Shown in pieces: positions 13,171 to 25,259 of a stretch of 64,000 nucleotides of DNA. The stretch is from Chiloscyllium plagiosum (taxonomy: Eukaryota): the NCBI RefSeq assembly GCF_004010195.1, contig NC_057721.1, positions 22,378,315 to 22,442,314 on the forward strand, written 5' to 3'. Below the pieces are notes generated by a model. That model did not search any database. It was not told the origin of the DNA and saw nothing but the letters and a program-made list of their open reading frames with translations. How positions within the stretch are numbered: the first letter of the stretch is position 1; every line of letters begins with the position of its first letter. A program made the position numbers and the translations under genes.

Positions 13171-16100
13171 ACAGAATTTTATCTGGCAACGGGAGGCAGA
13201 TTCAGGTATGGACACTAGGGTGAGGGAGTAAAATGCCCCAAAAATGTCATTGATTTGAAAAATGACGATTCCAAATGTTTGGATTTTAATAGGGCGCACT
13301 TGGAAGTATATAAGAAGCCACCTTGCAGTTGTGGCTCTTTTGTTTATTCTAAGAGGCAAGTAGTTCAGACTTGAACACTTAAGAGAACAGGCTCACAGTT
13401 TCCCAAGCCTTTAAACTCATCGGGGACAAGAAGGAAAGAGCAGAGTTGCCATACCTTTGTTCTGTGAAATTGACAGACTGGAAAACAATTGTATGCTGTA
13501 ACTGTAAAGGGCATGCCTGACCAGACAACACAGATGGCTGAGCTCATAGAATGCACTCTGAGAATGTGCTGTCACCTCTTTATTGGTGACTTCCAAAATT
13601 TTGGAAGTTATTTATGATATGTTGTACTTTATTCGCATTGATCTGCACTCTCCTAACATCCTTCATTGTAACTTGTGATTAGTTTATGCAGCTCTATCTT
13701 GGATCTTTTCAGTGGTTTTGAACTCCAGACTCCTAAGTTGCACCAAGTGAACACTACTCACGAGCTTTCTTGAGCACCACTTCTTTCCTATACTAAATGG
13801 CCCATAGGGCTTTTTTCAAATTGTAACTCTCTCATTTCTAACCAGCATTGAGGACCTCTTGAGAACTGCAAACCAAACGGCTGTTGGGACTTAAATGAGC
13901 GTCAGACTTCTCTGATGTGACAGCTGTGATTTGGATGAATGGAACCATTTTCTCTGGCTCACTCAGTCACTGATTGAAACTGACTGACCCTTGAACTGAT
14001 TTGAGTGACCAATTAGAAATCTTGTGTACTTAAGGATCAAATCCTACCTATACTGGAACATCTTGTACTTTGAATGTTACAATTCTATGGCTGACTAACT
14101 ATCCACAGGTTTGGAGCGCACACACAAACAGAATGAATTTTATCACAAGAACATTGCATTACCTAAAATCTATATGAATTCCACAATGACAGTAATTTGA
14201 CATATTACTCTTCCCAATTAAAATAGATTTGTGAAGTGTGATTACATAATCTGTTCTGATTTCAGTGTTTTTAAAACGTTATACAATATAGTTTTAAATA
14301 AACAGTACTTGGGATAATGCAAACATTTGTAATTTGATATATCAATTATAAGAATATGAATAATTTCAAACAATTTTTTTTGAGAATCGTCTGATTAAAT
14401 ATAATTAGCTGAAGTGCCTGTACCGCTGTTTTACACAGCCTTTAATTGCACTTGGGACAGACTCAGTCCTGCTGAGTCACTATTGTCTGATGTTTTTACT
14501 CCAATGGGATTGACAATTTTCCATTAGTTTTCTTTTCCTATTTTAAAGAAGGATCTCATTTTGGGTAATGGTAGGTGTGAAAACCTTTGACAAGTAACAT
14601 CAATAACACATTTTGAACTGTTAATTTTGCAAACATTTGAGAGGAAGAACATTTGCTTTCGAACTATGGCAATATTTGTCCTAAATAAAAATAGCAACTT
14701 GATTGATTTTCAGTACCATTAGAGGATGGCAAGAACAACTGTATCTTAGCTGTTTTTGTGTAGATCACTAAAAAAACATGCAAATAGTGACAATTAACAG
14801 TTTTGTGAATTAGTCACTGTTACCTCCGGGCCAATTTGTTACAGATCCAGAAGGTATACTTCAAACTGTTAAGCTCCCACATGAGGAGGGATGAATTGGC
14901 TTCCCTTCGTTATTCGCCCATAATCTTATTGTTTGCAACAAAGTAATATATTAGTATCCTTTTCTTTGTGCATGAACTTACATTTTAAAAGGAGCCAATT
15001 TCACCAGGCTTTCTTGAGTTGATAAAGAATGAGTTTATTAATTACTAACTGAGAATAATCATGCTGTACACATCCAGGAGGTAGAAATAAGAAGTGAATC
15101 TAAAGGATAAAAGTTAAAAGAAAAGATGTATAGATTAATCTCTGAATTGTTCATGAAGAGTGGCTAGTTGAATGTTGTCTGTTGTAGCGGGAGTTTCTGG
15201 TAGCATTGACATTGATGGTTGAACAGTTGTTTTTTGAGATTCTTAGTTGTGTAGGCTGATTGAAATTCCTTTCTCCTGATTTTTTTTAAAAGCTAGTTTT
15301 CAGCTCTCAGAGTAATTAAGAGTCTTTATCTGCAACAGGAGGATGACTAGGGCATATTTGTTCGACTGTGACCTACACTGTCTGCTAATTCTGAAACCTG
15401 GGGAAGTACACACAAGAGCATTAACTCCAATAGAGATGAAACTGGACTTTTAACTCATGTCCTTTTGTATTCATCAAAGGAAAACAAAAACACTCTGTAG
15501 TTTTAAATATTACCCACTGGGATTGGCTTGTTGTTCAGCAGGGTTTCCTCAACCTCTTGTGGTCTTTCTAGTTACAAGGGACTGCAGTCCAGTTTGTTTG
15601 GAGCTTCTTTGACACATTAGTTGGTACATTCCTTCAAATGATCTCTTTTACTAGATGTCATTTAATTTACATCTACAGATATTTTTGGCTGTATCAATCC
15701 TCTTTTAAGAGGCACGTTTTAGTATTAAAGGCTAAAAGGTTCCACAGTACTACAGGGTTCTAACTTGGTGTCATAATGAAAAGGAAAGTCTGGCTACATG
15801 TTGTTGAACCTTTCATGACCTTATTCATGATTAACAAGGGAGAATTTGTTCATTTAACCATCTGGTCATCTGTCTAGGAGTATCTGAGACAGTCAATGGA
15901 GGGATCCTGAAGGAAAATGAAAGAAAACCAAAAGGCTTGCATCCTGCCTGCTGCACTAAATAGGGGGTGCAGGATTGAAGAGTGGGGCAGGTATGGTGTT
16001 GAGTGGATAGGCTTTCTTTGTTGTGTGCTATATTCCCGAGTACCTGATAGCTAGCGGCAGAAAGGAATGTCTCAAGACCAGATTTGTTGAGGCTTGCTTG

Positions 16101-17138
16101 TAGAATTTGTTGCAAGCCACAAGGTTACTCGTAACAGAATGACTTGTTTTGCAGCGTTTTGTCAAGTATTGAAAAATAACTTTTATTTATGTGATCTTTT
16201 AAAGTATATTGATCTTACCGAGATGATTAAAAATTTCCTTTTTCAGTGTATAATTACATAAGTTTATTTGGAGGTATTAAATTAGTTTCAACTGCATATG
16301 ATTTAAAGAACTTTGAATTATTTTCTCAAAGTTTTGAGGTTTTAGCTTTGGCCTTCAGGATCAGTGCAGACTTCTTGAAGCCTTTCCCTGTTCCTCTGCT
16401 TTGGTGAAAATGGTCACCAATAATGAGTTGCACCAAATATCAGAATCCTGTCTTAGCCAATGCCTGGCAGCTTTTGGTGAAGCATTATTTCACTATTGAT
16501 TCATCAAGAAGCTCTGAAGTGGCTGATGGCAACTTAATCCTGCAAGCTTTCTTGTTGGGGGAGTCAGTTCCCCCCATTCCCCCCGCGCACACCCATTACC
16601 CACACTTGCTGCATGGAACACCAAATCTTGCCCCTAATTTTTAAGATCTGGTTGTATGCAATTTATATTTTCATAACATTGCATGTGACATTTTAGCACA
16701 ACTTACAAAATCCTGAACTTCTGACTGCACTCTCAATGTTTTCCTGCATTTAAATATCAACCTTTTCCATCAGAAGAACTTTTATTGCTTGTGCATTGAG
16801 CGTACTCCTAGTTTTCTTGTTTAAAAGTATTTAAAATGTCAAAATAGACAGGTAACCCAGAAGGAAAAGCAAGTAAAACCTTATATAACACATTCTGGTT
16901 TGACTTGTTTGTATACTTCAGAACAGTGCTCCGGTATGGCCAATATGTTCATTCCTGGGTATTTCTGTTTTATTTCCCTCAGGGAATTCATGTCTATAAT
17001 CTCTTTGGATCTCCAGAAGACAATAAAGTTGTGCCTTATCAGCAAATGATGCAAATGATGTCATAAAGGTGAAAACCTTCATTGGTTTTAATTTTGAGGA
17101 GTGAAAAAAATAAATTTCCTGTCTGATCTTATTTGCAG

Positions 17139-17246
17139 TGTGACCTTCCACTCAGATCGCATTGGGGAATTTTGGTATGAACTAAACCTCACTGCAAAGA
17201 AGCCAACACCAATTTCCCTTCCAGAATTGCAGTGCGAGCTGGGAAA
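17139..17246 (+). CDS. CFAP47: CFAP47-like exon B (S-VTFHSDRIGEFWYELNLTAKKPTPISLPELQCELG-K)
   Basis: Acceptor tttgcag|T, donor GAAA|gtaagt; 108 nt, phase 2/2, joins exon A as AG+T=Ser. EFWY-L-L...P-P...PE-QC-LGK motif matches CFAP47 as remembered. Confidence 0.9.
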
Positions 17247-17349
17247 GTAAGTACTCTATTATGTAACAAGTAATTTCTAAGTAAACATAACTGTTAACCC
17301 CATAAGTATCCAACATAAAACTTTGTAATGGTTCCTTATCATTGCTTTT

Positions 17350-18220
17350 AAGACCATAAGAAACAGAAACATGAGTAGATGATTCAGCCCCTTCAGCTGG
17401 GTCTACCATTCAATAAGAACATGGCTGATCCAATATTCCTTATTCAATTTATTATTGTCACATGCACTGAAATGCTGTGAAAAGTATTGTTTTGCGCGCT
17501 GTCCAGACACTTTCCTGTATTTTCCCAGTAACTCTTGATTCCCCAATTGATCAAGAATCTATCTCAGCCTTAAATGTACTCAAGAACTCTACCCCCATGA
17601 CAAAGAGTTGCAAAGACACTCAGCTCTCTAAGAGAAGGACTTCGTCCTCATCTCAGTCATAAATTGGCACACCTTTATTCTGAGACTATGCCCTCTGGTC
17701 CAAAACTCTCCCACGAGGGGAACATCCTCTCGGCATTTACCCAGTCATACCCCTTAAGAATCCTGTATGTTTCAGTGAGATCACTTTTTTTTTTCTAAAC
17801 TCCACTGAGTAGAGACTCAGAGTCTAGATCAGAGTGGTGCTGGAAAAGCACAGCAGGTCAGGCAGCATCCGAAGAGCAGGAAAATCGACGTTTCGGGCAA
17901 AATAGAGATTCCTGATGAAGGACTTTTGCCCGAAACATCGATTTTCCTACTTCTCGGATGCTGCCTGACCTGCTGTACTTTTCCAGCACCACTCTAATCT
18001 AGACTCTGGTTTTCAGCATGTGCAGTCCTTGTTTTTAACCTGAGTAGAGACCCAATCTGTTTAGCCTTTGCTCTTTAGACAATCCCTTCATGCAGGGATC
18101 ATCTGAACCTTCTCTGACTTGCCTCCAATGAAATTATGTCCTTCCTTCCTTAATAGGACCAAGACTACTCTCAGTTGTCCAGATGTGTTCTCATCAGCAC
18201 TTTGTATAGTTGCAGTAAGA
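17350..18220 (-). mobile_element. CR1 3' fragment hosting a palindromic PLE insert
   Basis: Reverse-complement CR1 3' end (cataagaaacagaa..., ctgagactatgccctctggtcc). Confidence 0.7.
17817..18039. mobile_element. Palindromic PLE terminal-repeat insert with 12-bp TSD
   Basis: Inverted arms gtggtgctggaaaagcacagcaggtcaggcagcatcc.../...ggatgctgcctgacctgctgtacttttccagcaccac; TSD ctgagtagagac at 17805-17816 and 18040-18051; hammerhead-like core ctgatgaaggacttttgcccgaaacatc. Confidence 0.85.
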
Positions 18221-19267
18221 TGCAGTTGTGGAAAATTCACTGAAAATATAATAACTGAGCACCTTTAGGGTACAGTGATATAAGTATAATAAAAAGATAT
18301 GTATATGGTGTGAATTTCTGTTGTTGCATTTCTGATAACACTTTCCAGTCTATTCATGACTGTCATGCCTATCTGTCATGTGCTTTTATTTCATGGAAAT
18401 TTCATTTTAATTATTCAGAGTCAGTCTTTAAAATGCAGTCTTCAAATTTATTATTGTTGACACACAACATAACTCTGAAAACTTTGAGCTTTGTCTCTGT
18501 TGTCCCATTGTTTAAGAAGGGTAACAGGGATAATCCTGGAAATTACAGGCCTGTGGGCCTCACAAGAGTGGTATGGAAGTTACTGGAAAAGATTCTCCAG
18601 GGAAAGATCTTTCTGCATTTAGAAGCAAATGGATGTATTAGTGATAGACAGCATAGTTTTGTGGAGTGGAGGTTGGGCTTCACAAACCTGATTGAATTTT
18701 TTGAAGAGGTGACAAAGATGATTGAGGGAAAAGCAATCGATGTTGTCTACATGGACTTCAGTAAAGCTTTTGGCAAGGCCCCTCATGGCAGACTAGTACA
18801 AAAGATGAAGTCACATGATAGCAGGGGAGCTGGCAAGACGGATACAGAACTGACTTAATCATAGGAGACACAGGGTAGCGGTGGAAGGATGCTTTTTGGA
18901 ATGGAGGGGTGTGATTAGTGGTGTTTCACTGGATTCAGTGCTAGAACCTCTGCTGTTCGCTGTCTACATAAATGATTTGGAGGAAATGTGGCTGGCCTAA
19001 TTTAGGAAGTTTGTGATAATACAAAGCTTGTTGAAGTTGCAGATAGTGAGAAGGATTATCAAAGGATACAGAAAGATATGGATCAGTTGGAGGCATGGGC
19101 AGAAAAGTGGCAGATGGAGTTTAATCTGGACAAATATAAGATGATGCATTTTGGAAGGTCAAGTACAGGTGAAAATTTTGCAGTGAATGGCATAACCCTT
19201 AGGAGTACTGATATGCAGTGGGATCAGGTCCACAAATCACTGAAGGTGGCAGCGCAGGAAGGTTTTT

Positions 19268-19544
19268 AGATTAGATTCTCTACAGTGTGGAAACAGACCC
19301 TTCGGCCCAACAAGTCCACAATGACCCTCCGAACAGCAACCCACCCAGACCCATTCCCCTACACCTAAAACTACGGGCAATTTAGCATGGCCAATTCACC
19401 TAACCTGCACATCTTTGGACTGTGGGAGGAAACCGGAGCACCCGGAGAGAATGTGCAAACTCCACACAGACAGTTGCCGGAGGCTGGAATTGAACCTGGA
19501 ACCCTGACACTGTGAGGCAGCAGTGTTAACCACTGTGCTGCCCC
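19268..19544 (-). mobile_element. HE1-type V-SINE nested in CR1
   Basis: Reverse complement of the 11082-11421 family with an internal deletion. Confidence 0.85.
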
Positions 19545-19570
19545 GGTAGGGTAGTAAAGGTAGTAAAGAC

Positions 19571-19758
19571 GAGAATATGGTGCTGGAAAAGCACAGCAGG
19601 TCAGGCAGCATCCGAAGAGCTGGAGAATCGACATTGCCGGCATAAATCCTTCATCAGGAAAAGCTCCTCGGATGCTGCCTGACCTGTTGTGCTTTTCCAG
19701 CTCCACACTTTCGACTCTGATCTCCAGCAGTCCTCTGCTCTGCAATCCTCATTTTCTC
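19571..19758. mobile_element. Palindromic PLE terminal-repeat insert with 14-bp TSD
   Basis: Inverted arms; TSD aaggtagtaaagac (19557-19570) / aaggtattaaagac (19759-19772), 1 mismatch. Confidence 0.8.
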
Positions 19759-21067
19759 AAGGTATTAAAGACCTATGACATGCTTTCCTTCATTGGAAGG
19801 GACATTGAGTTTAAGAACAGGCCAGTTATGCTGCAGCTTTATAGAACTTTACTTAGGCCACACTTGGAATATTGCATACATTTCTGGTCAGTACACTACC
19901 AGAAGGATGTGGATGCTTTGAAGAGGGTACAGAAAAAGTTTACCAGGATGTTGCCTGGTATGAGGGATTTTAGTTATGAGAAAAGGTTGGATAGACCGGG
20001 TCTGTTTTCACTGGAACACAGGAGGTTGAGGGATGACCTGATAGAAGTTTATATGATAGTGAATGGCATGGTTAGAGTGGGAAGTATGAGGCTTTTTCTC
20101 AGGGTGGAGGGGATCAGTTACTATGGGACACAGGTTCAAGGTGCGGGGGGATGATTAAAAGAGATGTGTGAGGCAAGGCTTTCACAGAGAATGTTGAGTG
20201 CCTGGAGCATGCTGCCAGAGGAGGTAGTGGAAGAAGACTCAACAGCAGCATTCAAGATGCATCTGGACAAATTCATGAATAGGAAGAGAATAGAGGAATA
20301 CGAATCCTGTAAGTGAAGACAGTTTTAGTATGGAAGGGCTAAATGTGTAGGCATAGACTTAATTGGCCAAAGAGTCTGTTCCTGCGCTGTATTGTTCTTT
20401 GTTGTTCTTTGTTCCAAGAGCTGTGGTACGCTAATGTTACTGGTGAAGTGCAACCTGCCTTGTAGTACTCCCTGCAACTTGAAATACGCCAACAGGATTT
20501 TATTTTTTAAGGTTTAAGAATGTGGACATTAAAGGAGGAAAGATTAGTAACAGTGACCAAACATATGCTTAGGAATCAGAAGAGAGATATTGAGAGGTGA
20601 ACAAATTTAACAAGAACCTTTCAGAGAGCAACACCTCACCAAGCAGCCTCTAGTATGAAGAAAATGAAATTTGTCAAAAATCTTGAAATCAGAAGAATGG
20701 AGTAAGCAGGGAAAGGAAGCTTCATGGGCAAGACTTTAGTGAAATTTGCAGACGAACATGTAAAATGTGAATCATGAGGTGAATGAGATTCTCAGCACTC
20801 TTCCACAAACTAAAAATACTACACACACAACGTGATGCAAACTTTAATGGCGAAGAAATCCCTTTACTTGTTCTACTGATCATTTCCTTCATGCCTGCAA
20901 TTCTGTCCCATACCAATCCTAATTGCCGTCTTCTAATCTGAGCTCTTCCAGCTGCAGGAGATGTTGGGATAGCCTTTGCAATAGAGCAACTGAGGCCTCA
21001 TAGGCTCTGCTACAGGTTACTGCATTTTTGTCACTGCAAATGGTTACTGACCCTTCAAAGAACATCT

Positions 21068-21580
21068 CACTCAGACCCCTCCCCCTACCCTATCCCTATA
21101 ACCCTGCATTCTACATGGCTAATCCACAAAGCCTGCACATCCCTTGACACTATGCCAATTTTAGTATGACCAATCCACCTAACCGGCACATCTTTGGACT
21201 GTGGGAGGAAACCAGAGCACCCAGAGGAAACTCACACAGATATGGGGACAATGTGCAAACTCCACACAGACAGTCACCTGAGGCTGGAATTGAACCCAGG
21301 TCCTGATGCTGTGAGACAGTAGTGCTAACTACTGAGCAAAATTGAGGACTACAGATACTGGAGATCAGAGTCGAGAATGTGGTGCTGGAAAAGCACAGCC
21401 AGTCAGGCAGCATTCGAGGAGCAGAACAATTGATGATTTGAGCATTCTCTTCATCAGGAATGAGACCTCATTTTCCCCATGTCTGAGTGGGTTTCGCCAG
21501 GTGCTCTAGTTTTCTCCCACAGTCCAAAGCTGTGCAGTTTACGTGGATAGACCATGCTTAATTGCCCACAGTATCTAGGC
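21068..21580. mobile_element. Cluster: HE1 SINE (-), PLE terminal repeat (-, about 21340-21465), HE1 fragment (+)
   Basis: Direct similarity to other copies in the window. Confidence 0.75.
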
Positions 21581-21599
21581 AGCTGTTCCCTAAAAATGA

Positions 21600-23015
21600 G
21601 TGTGTCTTCTTCACAGAAGAGGAGAAAAGTAGACCTTGTTGTTCAGGAGGAAGCATGTGAAATATTGCATGGGATAAACATAGTGAGGTAACATATTAAA
21701 GGGGACTCAGAATTTAAAAGTAGGGATGTACGTCTGAGAATCTATAACACTCTGGTCAGACTGCATTTAGAGTATTGTGCGCAGTTTTGGGAAGGATGTC
21801 CTCCAATCTTGTAGCGGGTTTAGAGGAGGTTCACGAGAATGGTCCCAGAATTGAAAAGCTTAACATGTAAGGAACATTTGAGCACTCTGGGACTATGCTT
21901 GATGGAGTTTATAAGAATGAGGGAGAATCTAATTGAAACTTACAGAATGCTGAATGACCTGGATAGAGTGGATGTTGGGAAGATGTTTCCATTGGCAGAA
22001 GAGACTGGGATCTGGGGCACAGCCTTAGAGTAAAAGGAAAATCTTTTAGAAGGGAGGTAAGGAGGAACTACTTCAGCCAGAGAGTGGTGAATCTATGGGA
22101 TTCACTACCACAGAAGACTGTGGAGGCCAGGTCATTGAGTATATTTAAGACAGAGATAGGTTCTTGATTGTCAAGGGCATCAAGGGTTACAGGGAGAAAG
22201 CAAGATAATGGGGTTGAGAAACTTATCAGCCATGATTGAATGGCGGAGCAGACTTGCTGGGCTGAATGGCCTAATTTCTGCTTCTATGTCTTATGGGACA
22301 AGCATCTTTCAAAGTAGCTGAATCATTGGACACAGACAAAATGTGTCCCAGGCTGCCAAGACTGCAAAGCTAAGAGAGGGAGAAAAATCACAGAGGATTT
22401 GACCATCATTTTCCAAATCTCTTTGACTACAGACCTGATGTCAGAGGACTATGGTTGCAAATGTCATACTGTTGTTTAAAGGCAGAGGGTTGAAACTGAA
22501 TAAGCATAAGCTGGTCAGTTTCACCTTGGTGCTGAAAAATTATTGGAAAATGTACTGGAGGACAAAATTAGTCATTAAGTATGTAAGTTAGCTCGCTGAG
22601 CTGGAAGACTTGCTTTCAGACCACCTCAAGAAACCAAGACCTATAAATAGAGAGGTGGGACATACCACCAGTGCTTTACCGGAGACTCTCACTGATGATG
22701 TTACCTGGTATGATGACAAAACGTCTGAAAACAAATCTTTCAGCTCAGCAAGCTAACTTATCATTAACCTGAGCTACAAACCTTCTCAAAAATCGCTAAA
22801 ATTTGTCATTATTTAGAAAGGTACAGATTAATTAACAACACTCAACATGTATTTGTTAGAGGATGTTTGTGGCTAACTAATTTGATTGAATTTTTTTGAA
22901 TGGGCAACAAAAATGTCAATAGGAACATTTTGAGTGATTTAACGTCGTCAGCATGGATTTCAGCAAGCTTTTTAATGAAGACTCAGATGGCATTCTGGTC
23001 AGGAAAGTAATAGCT
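21600..23015 (+). mobile_element. Nested CR1 fragments
   Basis: LYNTLVRLHLEYCAQFW-like and MRENLIETYRMLNDLDRVDVGKMFPL segments; tail tctatgtcttatgg; an older RT fragment follows. Confidence 0.75.
22578..22797 (+). mobile_element. Second-family PLE terminal-repeat insert with partial inverted end and 14-bp TSD
   Basis: Inverted ends taagttagctcgctgagctggaag / ctttcagctcagcaagctaactta; core CTGATGA-tgttacctggtatgatgac-(a)AAA-cg-TC at 22692-22725; TSD aaaattagtcatta (22564-22577) / aaaatttgtcatta (22798-22811). Confidence 0.7.
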
Positions 23016-23025
23016 AAAACAATCA

Positions 23026-23614
23026 CAGAGGAACCTCAATTATCCAAATACCAATTATCCGAAAATCGGATTATCTGAAGGAGACCTCGAGGTCCCGATA
23101 GAAACACTACATCAAAGACATGTTTCCAACAGTGACCGCGTCTTTTGTTTACAGTAATTAAACAGGCACCGTCTCCAAATGACTGACCTCCCGCTCTCTC
23201 TCTCTCTCTCTCTCTCTCCCCACACTTTCCCTGGAGTTCTGCAGAGGTGGAACCTGTCAACGTGTGTGTTGTGTGTGTGTGAGTGAGACACATGCGCTGT
23301 TTGGAGACTTACCTCTCAAAGGCAGCAGCAGCAACAGTCTTATTGTCGGTGTCCAGTCCAGCTGCCCCGGAGAGGGGCCTGGGGAGGTGTTGGACGGTTG
23401 GGAGGTGGTGTCGTGGAGCAGGGGGAGGTGTTGGACAGAGGCGGAGTTGGGGTGAGGGCTCGCGCGCTGTATGCTTCTGCAGTTTCCTGAACGGGGAGCA
23501 GACTTTAAAAACTCCGAGCTACAGAGGAAAGGCATTTAATCAATTAGCCGAATGATCGATTAGCCGAACGAAATAGTGCCCACCCATCTTATTCGGATAA
23601 TCAAGGTTCCCCTG
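23026..23614 (+). mobile_element. Tc1/mariner (Tigger/pogo-like) non-autonomous MITE
   Basis: TIRs cagaggaacctcaattatccaaat / attcggataatcaaggttcccctg, TA at the right flank, subterminal attatccga repeats, internal (CT)n. Confidence 0.75.
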
Positions 23615-24313
23615 TAAATGACAAGTTAGCTACAAAGTCATGCTACAATTCCCCAGCAAGACTGCCAAATCTAGCTTATGGACTAGTAGGGGCTGATAAC
23701 GTTTTGTTTAAAGTAGATAAAGTTTGAGATCTAGATACATACAAATAGAAAACCATAATGTTCCATAGTCTTGAACAATCAAACCAAACTTCACAGAAAT
23801 TAGAGAAGTAAAAGTAAGCTATCACATAATATCTAAGAGATATTCATCATTCAGAACTAACACAAGTATGAATTAACAGACAAACTATCATCACACACCT
23901 GAGAGAGCACATTAAATATCAAATACAGGCAAGACAGATCCCAAATGACTCTTGGCATCCCTGCAAATCCCATTTTGAATTTACAAAGAGTTCAAATTGT
24001 TCACTTTTTGAAATATAACTTCAGACTGTCAAACACCACTCCATTATGGCCAGCCTCAGTGACTGCTCAGAACCTGGTATTAGAATCTCTTTTCTTGCAG
24101 CTTTGCTCCTTTGAATTCTTGAGACTATACTCCTGCATCTACTCACGGTACAATTCCACCATTTTTGCAGTCAGTTGGTTTCAATTAGTTGGTTAGTATG
24201 CCGGGTTTTCCCTGAATTCCATTATTTTTCAGTTGCACCAAACAAATACTGTCTTTGGGCTTCCTTCATCCACAATCTCAGCTGTACTAAACTATCAACG
24301 ATTCCCAGGGTTT

Positions 24314-24754
24314 ACGAGATGGTTGGGTACTATTTTGTTCGGATAATTGATTATTTGGTTAATTGATTCAATGCCTCCCCTCTGGGGCTTGGAGTTTTCT
24401 GAAGTTTGCTTTTTCCTCTCTCTGCCTGCCTTGCTCCCTCTCTCTCTGTCTCAGGGTTTGTTTCTGAGCAGACACACACTTGTGCGTAAGGGACCTGCAG
24501 CATTTCTGAAGCCTCCCACACCCCCCCCCCATCAGTTCAATGGAATTGATATAGCGAGCACTTGCTAAAACCACTTCCTGTTCAGGAGGCTAGGCAGCAG
24601 CACACTGTATGTGACCCCCCACCCCACCTGTCTGCACCCCCCCCAAAAATGTTGAAATACCTCTTTGATGTAATGTTTCTATCAGTACCTTGAGATCTTC
24701 TTCGGATAATCCGAAATTCAGACAATTGATATTTGGACAATCGTGGTTCCTCTG
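24314..24754 (-). mobile_element. Second copy of the same MITE family, inverted, one TIR missing
   Basis: Reverse-complement similarity to 23026-23590; ends ...tcgtggttcctctg|TA. Confidence 0.7.
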
Positions 24755-25259
24755 TATTCCAAGGCCCCATTGCTCCAAACAGCTCCAAGGATTTTTCTAA
24801 GCCCACGTTAGAAATCCTTGCTCAAATTACTGACTGCTAGGGTTTGTGAGCCCTAACTGCTGAGTACCTCCTATACTAACACTGTTTCGGTGTGGAACTT
24901 CTTCTGTTACCCCTCTCTATGTGACTGTCCAGCAATCTGAAAGTAGCAACCTTCTACTTTGACTGCCTCTAATCAACTGAGCAAAACTGACTCTGTTCTT
25001 TGAAATGTTCCTCAGTGACGTCTTCAAGGAAATGCAACAAATCTTGCCTTTTTTACTAGGCAGGATCAAATGCATCTACGTTTGGAATATCTGTCAATTG
25101 TAGCTACCAGTGAAATGTCCTGTACTTAATTTGACAGGATGCCAGCCCACACAGCACAAATACGTATAGGTTTCAATGCAACTACCTCAGTGGCAGGGAG
25201 CAAAATGTAATGCTGATACATGTATTTATGTCTGAAGGTCTTTTCAGCGCATTGTACTC

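Larger units (their letters stand above)
18497..20410 (+). mobile_element. CR1 LINE, 5'-truncated RT region to 3' tail, with two nested inserts
   Basis: VVPLFKKGNRDNPGNYRPVGLT...TNLIEFFEEVT...DVVYMDFSKAF, WAEKWQMEFN, LYRTLLRPHLEYC...LFSLEHRRLRDDLIEVY; frameshifted; tail (tgttctt)n. Confidence 0.9.

Noticed and set aside
14740-15780. Possible long solo LTR (similar-looking blocks at about 23620-25200 and 29960-30600)
   Set aside because: Composition is suggestive, but I could not define TG..CA termini, a TSD or a second copy.
18310-18858. Longest ORF (182 aa) as a host gene
   Set aside because: The C-terminal part is CR1 reverse transcriptase that frameshifts, and the N-terminal part is flanking intron read-through.
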